From the NCBI GenBank assembly GCA_000934665.2, contig JYFJ02001019.1, forward strand, positions 1 through 64,000: a stretch of 64,000 nucleotides of DNA, in the 5' to 3' direction. A program made the position numbers and the translations under genes. Positions 1 through 11,684 of the stretch are shown here, piece after piece; position 1 is the first letter of the stretch, and each line of letters starts with the position of its first letter. Under the pieces are notes generated by a model. The model ran no database searches and was not told the origin of the DNA. It saw only the letters and a list, made by a program, of their open reading frames with translations. Source of the stretch: Catajapyx aquilonaris (lineage: Eukaryota).

Positions 1-145
1 CTTGACCTTTTGACCCCTGTATCTCGAAAACGCTTGAGATCGAGGATTTCTCGGGAAGGGTGTTTTCCTTCTAGCTGATAAGGAACCCGAAAAAAAAATA
101 TTTCACCTTGAACTTCGAGGGACACTTCGAGAGGTTCCCTTGTAA
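1..145. mobile_element. Probable end of a DNA transposon/MITE cut by the window edge
   Basis: CpG-rich block ending GAGGTTCCCTTGTAAG with repeated TTGACC motifs, unlike the AT-rich flank. The partner TIR is not visible. Confidence 0.35.
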
Positions 146-2181
146 GACCAACTCAATTACCAATAAAATAAAATAGTTATAAGAATGCAGTATTGCAATA
201 AAAATATGGTACCTGTTGGAATCATTAATTTCATATTTCATTATGATTTATTAAATATTTCAAATCTAGGCTAGTGGAGATCCACTGTAATAGTGGCACC
301 AAGTAAATATGTGGTGAACATAGCATTTGGCATATACAAGATATACTGTATAAAGAGGAGGGGGTGAGAGAAAGGGAGGGAAAAATAGAAAATGGAGAGA
401 TTGAAGGTGCCAGTGAAGACTTTCAGGGAAATATGACATTTGTCTGGGAAGGGACATTTCCTCTGCCTTTGCATCACTAACTGTAAGATTGCCTATAATT
501 ATTATTCTTTGCTAGCTGGTGACTGACTCCTCACTTGCTGCAGCCAAAGGCAGAATCAATCTAGGGTACCATTCAATTCCGAATGTATTTATTTTGCTAA
601 TTAACTCTGAATCTGATGAAACTGACAGAAGCACAGCTTAAAATACATTGTGCTATCACAAGTGAGATGCCTCTCGTCTCTCTAAAACTACCCTCCTCCC
701 TGATTTAAGAGAAATGTCATTCCTTTGACACGATGGGCGCTAAAAATGTGAGGCTATTTAAAAAAAAAATTCATGGCAGTGAAATCCAATTTTCTCATAC
801 CTTAGAAGTAAAAAGTAACCCCCAAAGCAAGAGATAAAAGTCAGGAAAAATTCATCTCCAGTAGTGTGGAGACATCACATGAGGATGCAGCCAACACCAC
901 TAATCTCCCTACGATGAACCAAAATTTTTGAGGGATGGAATATGGAATGATCCTGGATGAGTAATGACAGTTGACTTGCTGATTCTCTCCCTCGAGTGAG
1001 GGATGCACATTATTTCATTAAAAATTTAAAATGCACCATCCACTAGTGCAGTGCCACTAGTTAGTGGAGGATGGCTTTCTGGCTGACTTTGACTTCTAAC
1101 CTGTCAACTCTGAGAAAGTTCTGATATTGTACCCTCAGAATAAATCATTTTGACCAATCCATGAGTCTGTGTTTCTGAACATGACATGCCCATAGTACGT
1201 TTTTGAAACAAAAACACAATTACACACTAATTTAGTGTGTGTGTGTGTGACACTATACACCTTGAGGAATGGTGTTCTCGTTACAACGTTGTAACTGTAA
1301 CTTTGGCACAATAATTTTTCACAATTATCAAAACTGCTTGTGTTGAAAACATTTCATTTTGATCAATCATTATCCAATTGATACATACTGTATGCATCAC
1401 CCTCGTGACTGTCCTACAAAAGTGATAGTCGGCATTGAACAGGGAGAAGAGAAATACATCACAATTGCAGTACATGATTAATTGTGGCATTGTCAGCCTT
1501 AATGCTCCACAGTTTTTATGAAGCAAGATTTGACATAATCTGTAATGTGTGTATTCTGCGTGATGTTGGTCCATTCAAGGTGTGACTATCCAAGTGGATT
1601 CTGCTAGTTTGCAGCACTATTTTCCCTACACCTCTTCTTCCTTTCCCTTTCACAACATGTGCCTAAATTGAGCCTAACCTAATTCTGACCAAAAGTTATT
1701 CTGCTTTCCAACCACTGACTGGCACCATCACCAATTCACCCAAGACTCTGTCAGCAGACTATAAAGTTTGGTCAGCAGTAACTAACCCTGTCGACAGCAA
1801 CATGGAGGCTGCATACTAGCATTTCACTGAAGCTGGCAGCCAATTTCAGCAGGTGTCAGCTCTACCATGTGATAAATTATTGTCATTCTGTTTTATAATG
1901 AAGTGAAATTCTGACAATAGAAATAGGGGCAATTGTTTCCATTTCCCAAGCCAACCAAAGGGAAATTAAGCTCCATGTTACATTGACCTATGGAACAACT
2001 ACAGTGCCTGGCAAATGTACAACACAGAATACGGTTTGCCTTGACAAGCTGGCTACATTTTTATGAAGCGACCCCCTGCCTGTGGATCATGCATGTGACA
2101 GGTGAACAGGCCTACTTTCGACAACAGCCTGGTTTTAGGCAAGAGCGAGTGCAACCCCACATATTGAGCATGGATGCTGAC

Positions 2182-2304
2182 CCTGTTTGACTCCAGGGCC
2201 TGTGCAGAGTGCTCCTCCTTCTGCCGGAAGCAGTTGGCACACTTGTTCTTGTTGAACACATTCGGTGCGAACTTTCGGCACTCTGGTCGAAGCACGGAAG
2301 ACAT
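2182..2304 (-). CDS. osp: First coding exon of protein outspread / MPRIP-TRIOBP family; the gene continues left of the window
   Basis: ATG at 2304, 41 codons [41 protein letters not shown], then donor GTCAGC. Matches the CRKFxxNxFNKxKCxNCF N-terminal motif I recall for MPRIP/outspread. Confidence 0.85.
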
Positions 2305-3185
2305 TGTTGCGTAGTGTCACACGCGCAATGGCTTCGGGCAAGGTGTTCACATGGCTCCCTCACGCACTCTCTCTCTGGTGCTGTCCACGCACGCACTTTT
2401 TCACCCTTCCCTCTTCTCCAACACCCTGCTCTCTCTCTATCTCACTCTCCCTGACAGTGCTGTATTCCTTCACTCCCCCACGACGGTGTTCCCGTACCCC
2501 AGGCGGCCCGGGGTCGGGCGACGGGTGTGTCCGCGGCCCTCCTCCTCCTCCTCCTCGTCCGCCGCTTCCCACGCGCCCTGCCACATCGCTCCTCGGCACA
2601 ATTCAACCAAATATCGAGGCTAGGGCTGGCTCCCTCCCCTGCCTGCCTAGGGACTCAGCCTACATTCACGCACGTACTCCGCTTTTTCTCCTGGCTGGCT
2701 GGCTGGCTGGCTGGCACCTCTCTTCTCTCTCTTTTTTTTGCGCTCTCTCTCTCTCTCTCTCCCTCCCTCCAACCTGCCAACCCCTCCCCTGAATGGGCAA
2801 TGGGGCGGGAAAGTTCAGAGTACGGAGGACAGGGAGCGCCAAGGTAGCCGCATACCACACCAACAGGTGGGAGGGGATCCCACGGCATCTAGCGGAAGGA
2901 GGACAGGCACACCTACAGAGGTCGTGACATCTACCGGCGACAGCCACAGTCCGGGTGAATAAATCCGGGGTCAAATCGACCCGTATAAATCGGCGATTAT
3001 GGCCCCAAGAGTGCGCCATGGTGGCGGGGGTCCGGCTCGGAATAAGGGCGCGTATGCTATTCCGATTGTGCGTGGCTCCTGGCAATGCTGCGACCACGCG
3101 GCAACCTACCAGCTGCACAGTAGGCAAGAGTAGCGTATATTTCATCACTCTTGGCACAGGTACAGACGCGGCAGGACCACGAAGC
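2305..3185. promoter_or_regulatory. Bidirectional promoter and 5' UTRs, osp/PMM
   Basis: Divergent start codons with 881 bp between them, CpG-rich. Confidence 0.65.
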
Positions 3186-5479
3186 ATGGCGTCCGGTGAG
3201 ATTGGTGACAGGGCACGCAAGCTGCTTCTCTTCGACGTTGACGGGACCTTGACCGGGCCTCGAATGGTTCGTATGACCCCTTGACTGCACGTCCTGTGAT
3301 GTTACGAGAGCGTCGTTTCTTTGCAGAATATCACCAAAGAAATGGGGGGTTTCCTGCTGGGCCAGGTAATGCCAAGGGCCTGCATTGGACTGGTTGGTGG
3401 ATCCGACATGGAAAAAATTACGGAGCAAATGGGAGGATCAGATGGTATGATATGTAGGGTAGTGAGATTCACGTATACTTCGCACATTCACCTCATATCC
3501 CACTCGTTTTGTATGGCACAATTATTTGTACTACCTGATGTAATCTTCAGCCATAATTTCACGGTACCTTACCTGATGCTTGACATGTGGAGAGTTAGCT
3601 TCAGTAAATTGGCAGTATGCCACATTGGACCTATGTCTATTATACAAATTATGATAATGCTACTAATGTCTTGAATCAGTAGTTCCCGACCTTTTTTTTT
3701 TTTGACATTGCAACCCTATCTAGAAGTACAACCTTTTCTGGACCTTGCAACCCATATGACCCCACTCCCGAATGATCTCAATTTTTTTCCACATTTTTTT
3801 ATTACCAAAATGTTCAACAATGTGTAGATTTGAGGTTGAATTTCACCACAAAAATTGCCCTTCTTTGCCTTATTTTTAAAATAGCTTTTTCTATATTTGT
3901 ATTCCTTTTTCGCAGTCTTCCCCACAACCCTTAAAGGGTTGGGAACCACCGACCTAGATTGTTTTGATTCTATGTTAGCAAAGCAAATTTTTACATGGGA
4001 CTTTAGTGATCAATTGTACATTCCAGCGATCAAAAAATATGACTACGTGTTCGCAGAAAATGGTCTGGTTGCTTACAAAAATGGCACTCTAGTGTGGCAG
4101 GAGGTGAGTTGCACTATTGCATTTTCTATTATTATTATTATTATTCTCCTCCTCCTCCTCCAGAATATCCAGAAGCAGATGGGTGAAGAAAAACTGCACC
4201 TTTTCCTCAATTTCTGCTTGAGATACATAGCTGATTTAAAGATTCCCGTGAAACGAGGCACCTTTATCGAGTTTCGCAGTGGAATGGTCAATGTATCACC
4301 AATTGGACGCAACTGCAGTCGGGAGGAACGAAATGCATTTGAAGTGTACGATAAGGAACTTCACATACGTGAGGATTTTGTGCAGGCTCTGAAGCAGCAA
4401 TTCCCCGATTTGGGACTCACTTATTCTATAGGTATGTTTAGAATACCTAGCAAACTGAAGTTGAAGGGTAGTATTTTAAATTCAACTTAATGACCATTAT
4501 TTAACCTTGATACTTGATGAATGTGGCACTTTGAATCAGTTTTAGAGAGGTGATTACACTTACCTGTTTTCATTATGAGGGTTGCTGAGAGATGCAGGAG
4601 GAAGGGGAGGGGGGAAACCTGTCATTCTGGGAAGGGACATAGGACATGAAATGTATTTTGACAAATGTGTAGTGGAAACCTGTCCATTATGGAAATTTTT
4701 TTGGGGTCCCATGGGATTCCACCACACAGGTTTCACTGTAGATGGAGTGAAAATATGGCAACAATGCAAGATTCCCATTTTTAAGCAATCCTGAGCCAAA
4801 ATGGGTTTGTTTCCATGGCAGCAACAATTTCCTAATTTTTTGCAGTGTTTGCAGTATCAGTATGTGTGATTCTACCTTTACTCTATGGTGCATGCAGCCT
4901 TTGGTTTCGATCTGGTATATGCCATCATACCATTTCACTGATTTCAGTACCATTTACATTTTATTTACCCCTCATATGGCATAGGTAGGGGTCTATGATT
5001 GGACATGGGACATATTCTAGGAGAGCTTCCCAGTAAGTGCAGCAAGCTCATTCTTGATGTCATGGTCACCCATCAGATGGTTTGACAAAATAGGTTACAA
5101 GATAGGATGAGAATCACTCTTTCGGCTGTTAACCCCTTTGGCTCCAGCCACCTAGAATCTAGAATCCCATGCTCCCCCAATAACCAGATATTTGTCATGG
5201 GGTACTCATAATGAGTCTTGTAATTCATTTTATTCTTATTTCTGTTGGACTGTTTCAGGTGGGCAGATAAGTTTTGATGTATTCCCCACTGGCTGGGACA
5301 AAACCTACTGCCTCCGACATGTGGAAAAAGATGGCTATTCGGAAGTACACTTTTTTGGCGACAAGACTGATGCTGGTGGAAACGACCATGAGATATTTAA
5401 TGACCCTAGGACAGTGGGTCATAAGGTCAATGGACCTCATGACACTTGTGCACAGGTATCAGCCTTGCTCTGCCTTTAA
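3186..5479 (+). CDS. PMM2: Phosphomannomutase (HAD family), 5 exons, 254 aa
   Basis: Exons 3186-3266, 3327-3444, 4027-4103, 4164-4431, 5259-5479, all GT-AG and in frame. Motifs [34 protein letters not shown], [15 protein letters not shown], FFGDKT, GGNDHEI. Confidence 0.96.
3677..3951. mobile_element. hAT (Charlie-like) MITE remnant in PMM intron 2
   Basis: Ends CAGTAGTTCCCGACC and GGTTGGGAACCACCG form imperfect TIRs. The TSD is degenerate. Confidence 0.55.
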
Positions 5480-8060
5480 TTTCAGGTTCATTAATGACAA
5501 ATTTGTGAATAAAACTACCAAACTGCTCAGGATACAGAGAAATCCTATTTTTTATTAGTGTAATCACAACATGAAGAAATATTACTTTTTTTCTGCAATT
5601 TCCTGAATAAAGAGACAAGAACATTGAGTCTAGATGCACGCTTTATACTCTTTCAGTTTCCAAAATAACAAAAGAAAAAATGAAATTATATCCCCAACAT
5701 GCACTTGGAAGTGGATTTCTCCTTTTTGTGTTCAAAAAAGAAAAAATCCCAGAAAAAAGTTTGTGTGTATCCTTAATAAACTAGGGTCACCTTGGTATAG
5801 GCAGATGACTGGTCTTTTGACTGGCACAGACTCATTTTGCTGGCCATCTCTGAGGGCGCCTGGCTTCTAATTTCCCATCGTAACTTGCTACATCTTGGCA
5901 TGAGGTGGTGAATCCAGGTCACATGGTTTGGGCTGCAAGGATATGGATGTACCCTCAATTCAAGTTAAATGACCATCATAGCAACACTCAGGGTCCTCTA
6001 GATATACACATTTTCAATCTGGCGTCAACGCTTCTTTTGGGCAAGTCATACCATATCCTGCTTATTCTCATTACAATCCTGGCATCTATTGACCACAGGA
6101 TATGATGTGAGTTGTACCCATCTGTCTTACTATCTAGAGCACCCTGTGGATACCAATTGGGAGGGGAATAAGGAGCATTGTATTATAAACCCATTCACAC
6201 ATTACTGCATCTTACAAAAAACACCCACCTAGGACGTTCGATGCTTCACACGCTTGAAACAACATGAACAAAAACGTTTTAATCTTGCAGCTGGCATGAT
6301 TTTCAGAAATGATCAGATTTCAATGACCATTTAGGTGCAAATTGACCAAATGATAAAAATGAGCACAGACTTTTTTTTCTGCAGTATGTAGTTTTCTCAT
6401 CATATTCAGACTAGCAGTACAGGACATCATGGAATACATTATTATCTTGTTATTGACAGTAAGAAATGTATCAGTTGTACACTAGCCAGCAAGTTCCGCG
6501 CACAGTATGCACATCAATTTTCATGTGAATAATTCATAACATTATTAGTTCATACTGGCATTCCAAGTAATTTGGCAAAAGAAACTGCATATTCAAGAAA
6601 GTTGTTTAGCTTTGTGAATGAAAATAAGATGGAACTACCTGACCTCTTTTTCGCACACAAAAATACTGCATGTGTGTGACAAATTATACAAAATTACTAA
6701 CTCAAGTATGAACCAAAAGCTGTGCATTATACCCCAATTATTTCCTTAAGAAAATCTTGCCAAACTGCCATTGAAAAAGTAAATTCTAACAGAAATAAAA
6801 GAAAAGAAAAAGCCAGAAGGGCAGGGGACTGATTTGCATCTGGGGCCTTAAGGCTAGCCTCCCACCTCAAGAGCCGCTCACTTTTTGTCTTCAGGTGGGG
6901 ATAACACTCACTCTCTCGCAGGTTAAGAGAGAGTATGAACTGGGGGGCCTGCAAGAGATCCTCCCAAATATGCCCAACGATGGGCCCAGCAATCAACAGA
7001 TCAACTGTTAGGTTGATGGCTCACCCTTGCACAAAGATCAGTGTGGCCAGAGGAACTTTCTCGGGCAGTTTTGTCACTTGGCATAGAAAGTGCCCCTGAC
7101 CAATCCACATAAAGCCAACAACCAACTATCAACACAGCCGAGTCACTTGGCCTTATCAAGTACCAATGGCAAGGTCAAGAATGAAGAAAGAAAATAGTAC
7201 TTGGCAGCAAATATTTTGTATAATTCCATATGAATGGGACTGGATAAGGCCACTTGTAGTGCTCATGCTCAGAACCCATCCTCCCCTTCCACACCCACAA
7301 AATATCTTATAAAGTATGTCAAACATTCAAATTAACCCACAAAGTTAACTATTCTTCTGAATATAAACATGTAGGAACTTCATTGAAACAGAAATCCTGA
7401 CCACGCGTCCACTAACTTTTCTTTTCCAAGATTGATACTTTCCCGTTCCCCTAAGATCTAGGTCACCTGGAGAGAATTCCGTGGCTGAAACAACAATAGA
7501 CAGAGGGACGCAAGTAGGCGGCCTCGTATCCCCCTCACTCAGTTCTCACTGGAAACACACTGGGGGGAAGAGACTTCGAATGGCCAGCGTGCTTGTGTGT
7601 GTATGTGTGTCACAGGACACAACCAAATCATCAATCACTATGCCTGATTGACTAAACACATGGAAAATCGAGGAAACAAACAAAAAGGTGGCGCTGGATT
7701 GAAGGAGATGGATACAAATTTGAGGGAGGATGTGACCAGCGCTTCCATCAGCAATCACTATCTCCTTGTGAACAACTGGCCTTTAAAAAAATAGAGAATT
7801 ACCACTGACAAATTTTCCATTAATTTCCTGGATTCTAAAATCTAAACTGCATCTTCCCAATTAAATTTCAGTGCTCAGTACGTATTTCATAGTGGCAAGT
7901 TCTTCCAGTGTAACTGTTTGTAAACTTTCATTACCCCACGACTCTGACAATTACGACAATATCCTCATTCTAAACATTTTTACTGCACATTGTAACACAT
8001 CCCATCATTAAAATGATAGCCTAATGGTTATGTAGTCCTTTTCATTATTCTGGAAAAATA

Positions 8061-9096
8061 CAGCTGAATCCAGATATAGACAGCTATAGCAGACTCGAAA
8101 GGCTGGTCCTGGCATACTTCCATAAGACCCTGTGTATTTTCATACCTGACATAACATACTGATTTTCACCTCTGGGAAGGCGAAGTGGCGCTGCGGTAAC
8201 GCATGCACCCACGGATGGAAGGGTCCCGGGTTCGATACCAAGCCCAGGCATTCCCCCCTTTCATCTCATGCGGAGTTCTGTGGCATCTTCGGCTTCGTCT
8301 CGGGTGGGATTTCCGATAGACAAACCACCTGGGGGAGCTCACAAAATGTCCACAGCAAATGACATTGCACTTGCATATTGCATATCCCCTCCCAGTCACC
8401 CTACCCTTGGACCAAGGACCAATTCTACAATGTCAAATTCATGTACCCATGTGACAAATAAAGTCCCGTGCTCAGACCTCTGAAGAGGTAGGCACTATAC
8501 CCAATTATTAAAATAATAATTATTATAATACTGATTTTCACCTCACATCGACTATAACAGACCATTTCTTTGCCCCTTGGCGGCAGAATATGCAGTTTGT
8601 ATTACTCATCTTAATATCCCATGCGAGGAAAGCACTCCATAATAGAGCGTGGTGATTTTCCCACCTGTCACTGATCCAACATTTGCCGAAAAGGTCAAAA
8701 TCACTCATTTTCTGGTACCGTATATCTGGCAGAAGAAAATGACAGGTTTTCGGTCCTGCCTAAGTTATGGGTGAGCTAATTTTGCATGTTTGTGGACAGT
8801 TTCATTAATCAGTACCAGTATACAGTAGTGTGCATTATAAGCATGTGGAAAGCAGAAAACTTGTGTATTCGTTACGAAATTGTCAATTTGGCTGTAACAG
8901 ACCTTGGTTATAATATACTTTTTTTCTGCTGTCCCTTCCGCCGTCAGATGTAAGAAGACCATAACTCAAAAACTAGTAAGGCTGAAAGTCGCATGCACGC
9001 AAGGCATGCATGTGACTTTCACCCTTACTAGATTTTGCATTACGTCTTCTTACATCTGACGGCAGCCTTGAAGTCTGTTATATCCGGATTCAACTA
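8061..9096. mobile_element. Tc1/mariner-pogo-like non-autonomous element containing a nested SINE
   Basis: TIRs CAGCTGAATCCAGATATA and TATATCCGGATTCAACTA, both flanked by TA. Confidence 0.6.
8173..8527 (+). mobile_element. tRNA-derived SINE (family A)
   Basis: A box TGGCGCTGCGG, B box GGTTCGATACC, AT-rich tail. Exact 17-bp TSD ATACTGATTTTCACCTC at 8156-8172 and 8528-8544. Confidence 0.92.
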
Positions 9097-9488
9097 TATT
9101 CTAAACAATAAATTTCAATCCTGATAATTACATTCCTGAGCAAGGGATGTTGGCATTAAAATGGTTGTTTTATGTCAAATGACACTACCAGATTTCATCA
9201 ACTGATGCTATATTTGGGAAGAATAAATTGATGTGAACCAGCTGGCCACCCTCCCTCCACACAGAATAAGTGCATTCATTAAACCCTTGATCCTATCTCC
9301 CAGTCACTTACCTCCCTTTATGACCTACGAGAGAAGCAATCCCTGATATTAGACACCCTGGGGGGGGCAGAACAAAAAAGGGAAAACAGTGGATAAGGGG
9401 AACAAAAGGACCGCTAAAAATAAGAAATAAAAGATTTGCCTGCCCCCACCCCGGTCCCCCATTCCCTGCTTACCTCCTGCAGGCGCTC

Positions 9489-9709
9489 TCACTCACTGGT
9501 ACTGTGGCCTGCAGAAGAACCCCAAACATTTCCTCCTGCACTTCCTCCACCACTTCCTCCTTCACTGCTGCTTCCCAGGCCCCCATTGGCCAACTGCATG
9601 AGACGGGTGGCTACATCGGAGGAGCTGAGTGTCCCTTCTCCGGAGCCAAAACGGGATGGGGATGGGCCAAATGGGCGACGCTCCCCATTCGTGCCTGAAA
9701 ATCCCCACC
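9489..9709 (-). CDS. LUC7L3: Probable alternative downstream LUC7L3 exon (Gly/Ser-rich)
   Basis: Phase-1 acceptors at 9709 or 9694 fit the phase-1 donor at 11720. Open frame (WGFSG)TNGERRPFGPSPSRFGSGEG...GHST, then donor GTGAGT after 9497 or TGA at 9489. Confidence 0.55.
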
Positions 9710-10944
9710 CTGAGTTCATCAATGCGCAAGCATAACAGGTCCAATTATACACACAATCAAGGAAAACCCAATCACATGATTTGTATGATTACATACAAAG
9801 ATTTGTATATTGCTGAAATATTCTGAGGTAACAATAAAACATTAACTTTCTGATGGAGCCTATCAATTTCAAGAGTCCCTTGCCTTCTAGGATCCAAATC
9901 GCTGAAGCCATGTAGATCAGCCCGAGTAGCACACTGAATGACTTTTGATTCTTACGTATCAATAACAACAGGCCAGCAGCAAGTGTAGTGGAAAGGAAGC
10001 GAACTCCAGTCCTTGTTGAATTGTTTTGGCTGCACACATGCACTTGCACACCATCTGAGGGTCAGCAGTCTGAACTACAACATATGGGAGTCTCTCGTAT
10101 GACAGTTGTCGCCTATACCCAATCTTTTGCGCCACCCTATATGACTTGCTTTGTTTTACTACAGTGTATTAAAACTCCTGAATTTAACAGTGAAATGATG
10201 AGAGAAGAGTGATGCTGTTTACACACGCTCCCAAATGTCCCCTACACAGCCACACATTAACAAGAGACAATATTATTACTAACAAGCATTCTCGTGGTCT
10301 GTGTAATAACTGGTTCACAACTTTAGTGCATTGAGAGGAATCGCAATGGTTTTATAACCCATCTCATAGATACATACTGTATATACATTGCATCATGACT
10401 TAATTCCCATAAAGGGGTAGCCAGCAGTGACCACGTTATACATGGCCACCGCATATGATACGGTATATCTATGATCCATCTTTGTAGCAAGCATTTAAAT
10501 CCACCGCGATGTCTTGAGCGGTCTCGTGAGCAGTCCAAGTACTTTGGACGCAGCTGCCGCCTCTTATTTCTGCCAGGTGGCAATGTCTGTGCATAGCCAT
10601 TAGTGCAGGGTAGTCTACCAGTGTTGGCAGTGGTACTGCTAAGTTAGCGCGAAACCACTGCGAAAACCGGAGTTGACCATGAAACCTATTTAGGGTCCCC
10701 TGAATCCGAATCTGAAAACAGTTTGTAGCTATCTCATGCAGTTTAGGCCCAGATATCTCTCCACAGATGTATGGATGCAGCCGTTCTATAAGACTTTTTT
10801 TTTTCCCCGATGAGAAAAAGTCTAAAACTGGATGGGTCATCAATGAAGAGTTGTTACATAAAATCCTGCACACAGATGTGACTTAGATGATATTTTCCTA
10901 ATCCCATTTTTTGCGCTCATTGCTCATCAATGTTCTCTCACGTA

Positions 10945-11260
10945 TAGGCAGACCACCCTAACCTGCCATTGTCATTATCGTTTTGTTTACCAACTCCTAG
11001 TCAATAGGAATCTGCTGAGTGCACCCCTGGAGCCTCCCACTTTTCAAGTTCTATAGAGATGCCTTCATGCACCAATGGGCGTAAACAATGTCAACAAAAA
11101 GGACACTGTTTAGTGTTGTTGTTGCGTGAGGGCAAGTGAGGGCATCTCCATGGAAACTTGAAAAGTGGGAGGCTCCAGGAGTGCGCTCAGGAGATTCCCA
11201 TGGACCAGGAGTGAGTAAACAATACAATGACGCCACAGGCAAGTTAGTGTGGTCTGCCTA
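10945..11260. mobile_element. Foldback MITE (long imperfect palindrome)
   Basis: TAGGCAGACCAC..CTAAC pairs with GTTAG..GTGGTCTGCCTA. Inner arms CCTGGAGCCTCCCACTTTTCAAGTT and AACTTGAAAAGTGGGAGGCTCCAGG. Confidence 0.8.
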
Positions 11261-11684
11261 CGTGATCCAAGTCATGATTTTGTCTTTTTGGATAGTTCTG
11301 AAATTCTTTGGAACCATGGCTGCACCTGCATTTGACTTTTACAAGCACCTCAACATTATTTGAAAAAATTGTTCTGCATCAATCAGATTCTAGTGGGAAT
11401 AGCAATAAAAGCTTTTCATGTTACAAAATTGTTTGCAACTGAACAAAATTACATTTCTGGCAATTTTGTTAGAAAGAGAGTACACTGTAACTTGACGGCT
11501 CAATTTTCTTTTGAGCAGTAGAAAATTCAAAAACAGATAATACAACATGCATGCTTTATTTAATAACATTTAAAATCAAATCTCTGCTATACACAACATT
11601 TAAAAGATACCTTGGCAATTTCTTTCTCTTCCTTTCTGTTTTAAAAACGTGAAATTGTGCAAGGCATCACATGGGCAACGTCAA

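Noticed and set aside
2265..3220. Many overlapping 70-184 aa ORFs between osp and PMM
   Set aside because: Low-complexity, GC-rich promoter/UTR sequence with microsatellites.
10505..10569. Possible RS-like LUC7L3 exon (NKRRQLRPKYLDCSRDRSRHR)
   Set aside because: Phase-compatible, but the acceptor and GTGGAT donor are weak and the context looks like a repeat remnant.
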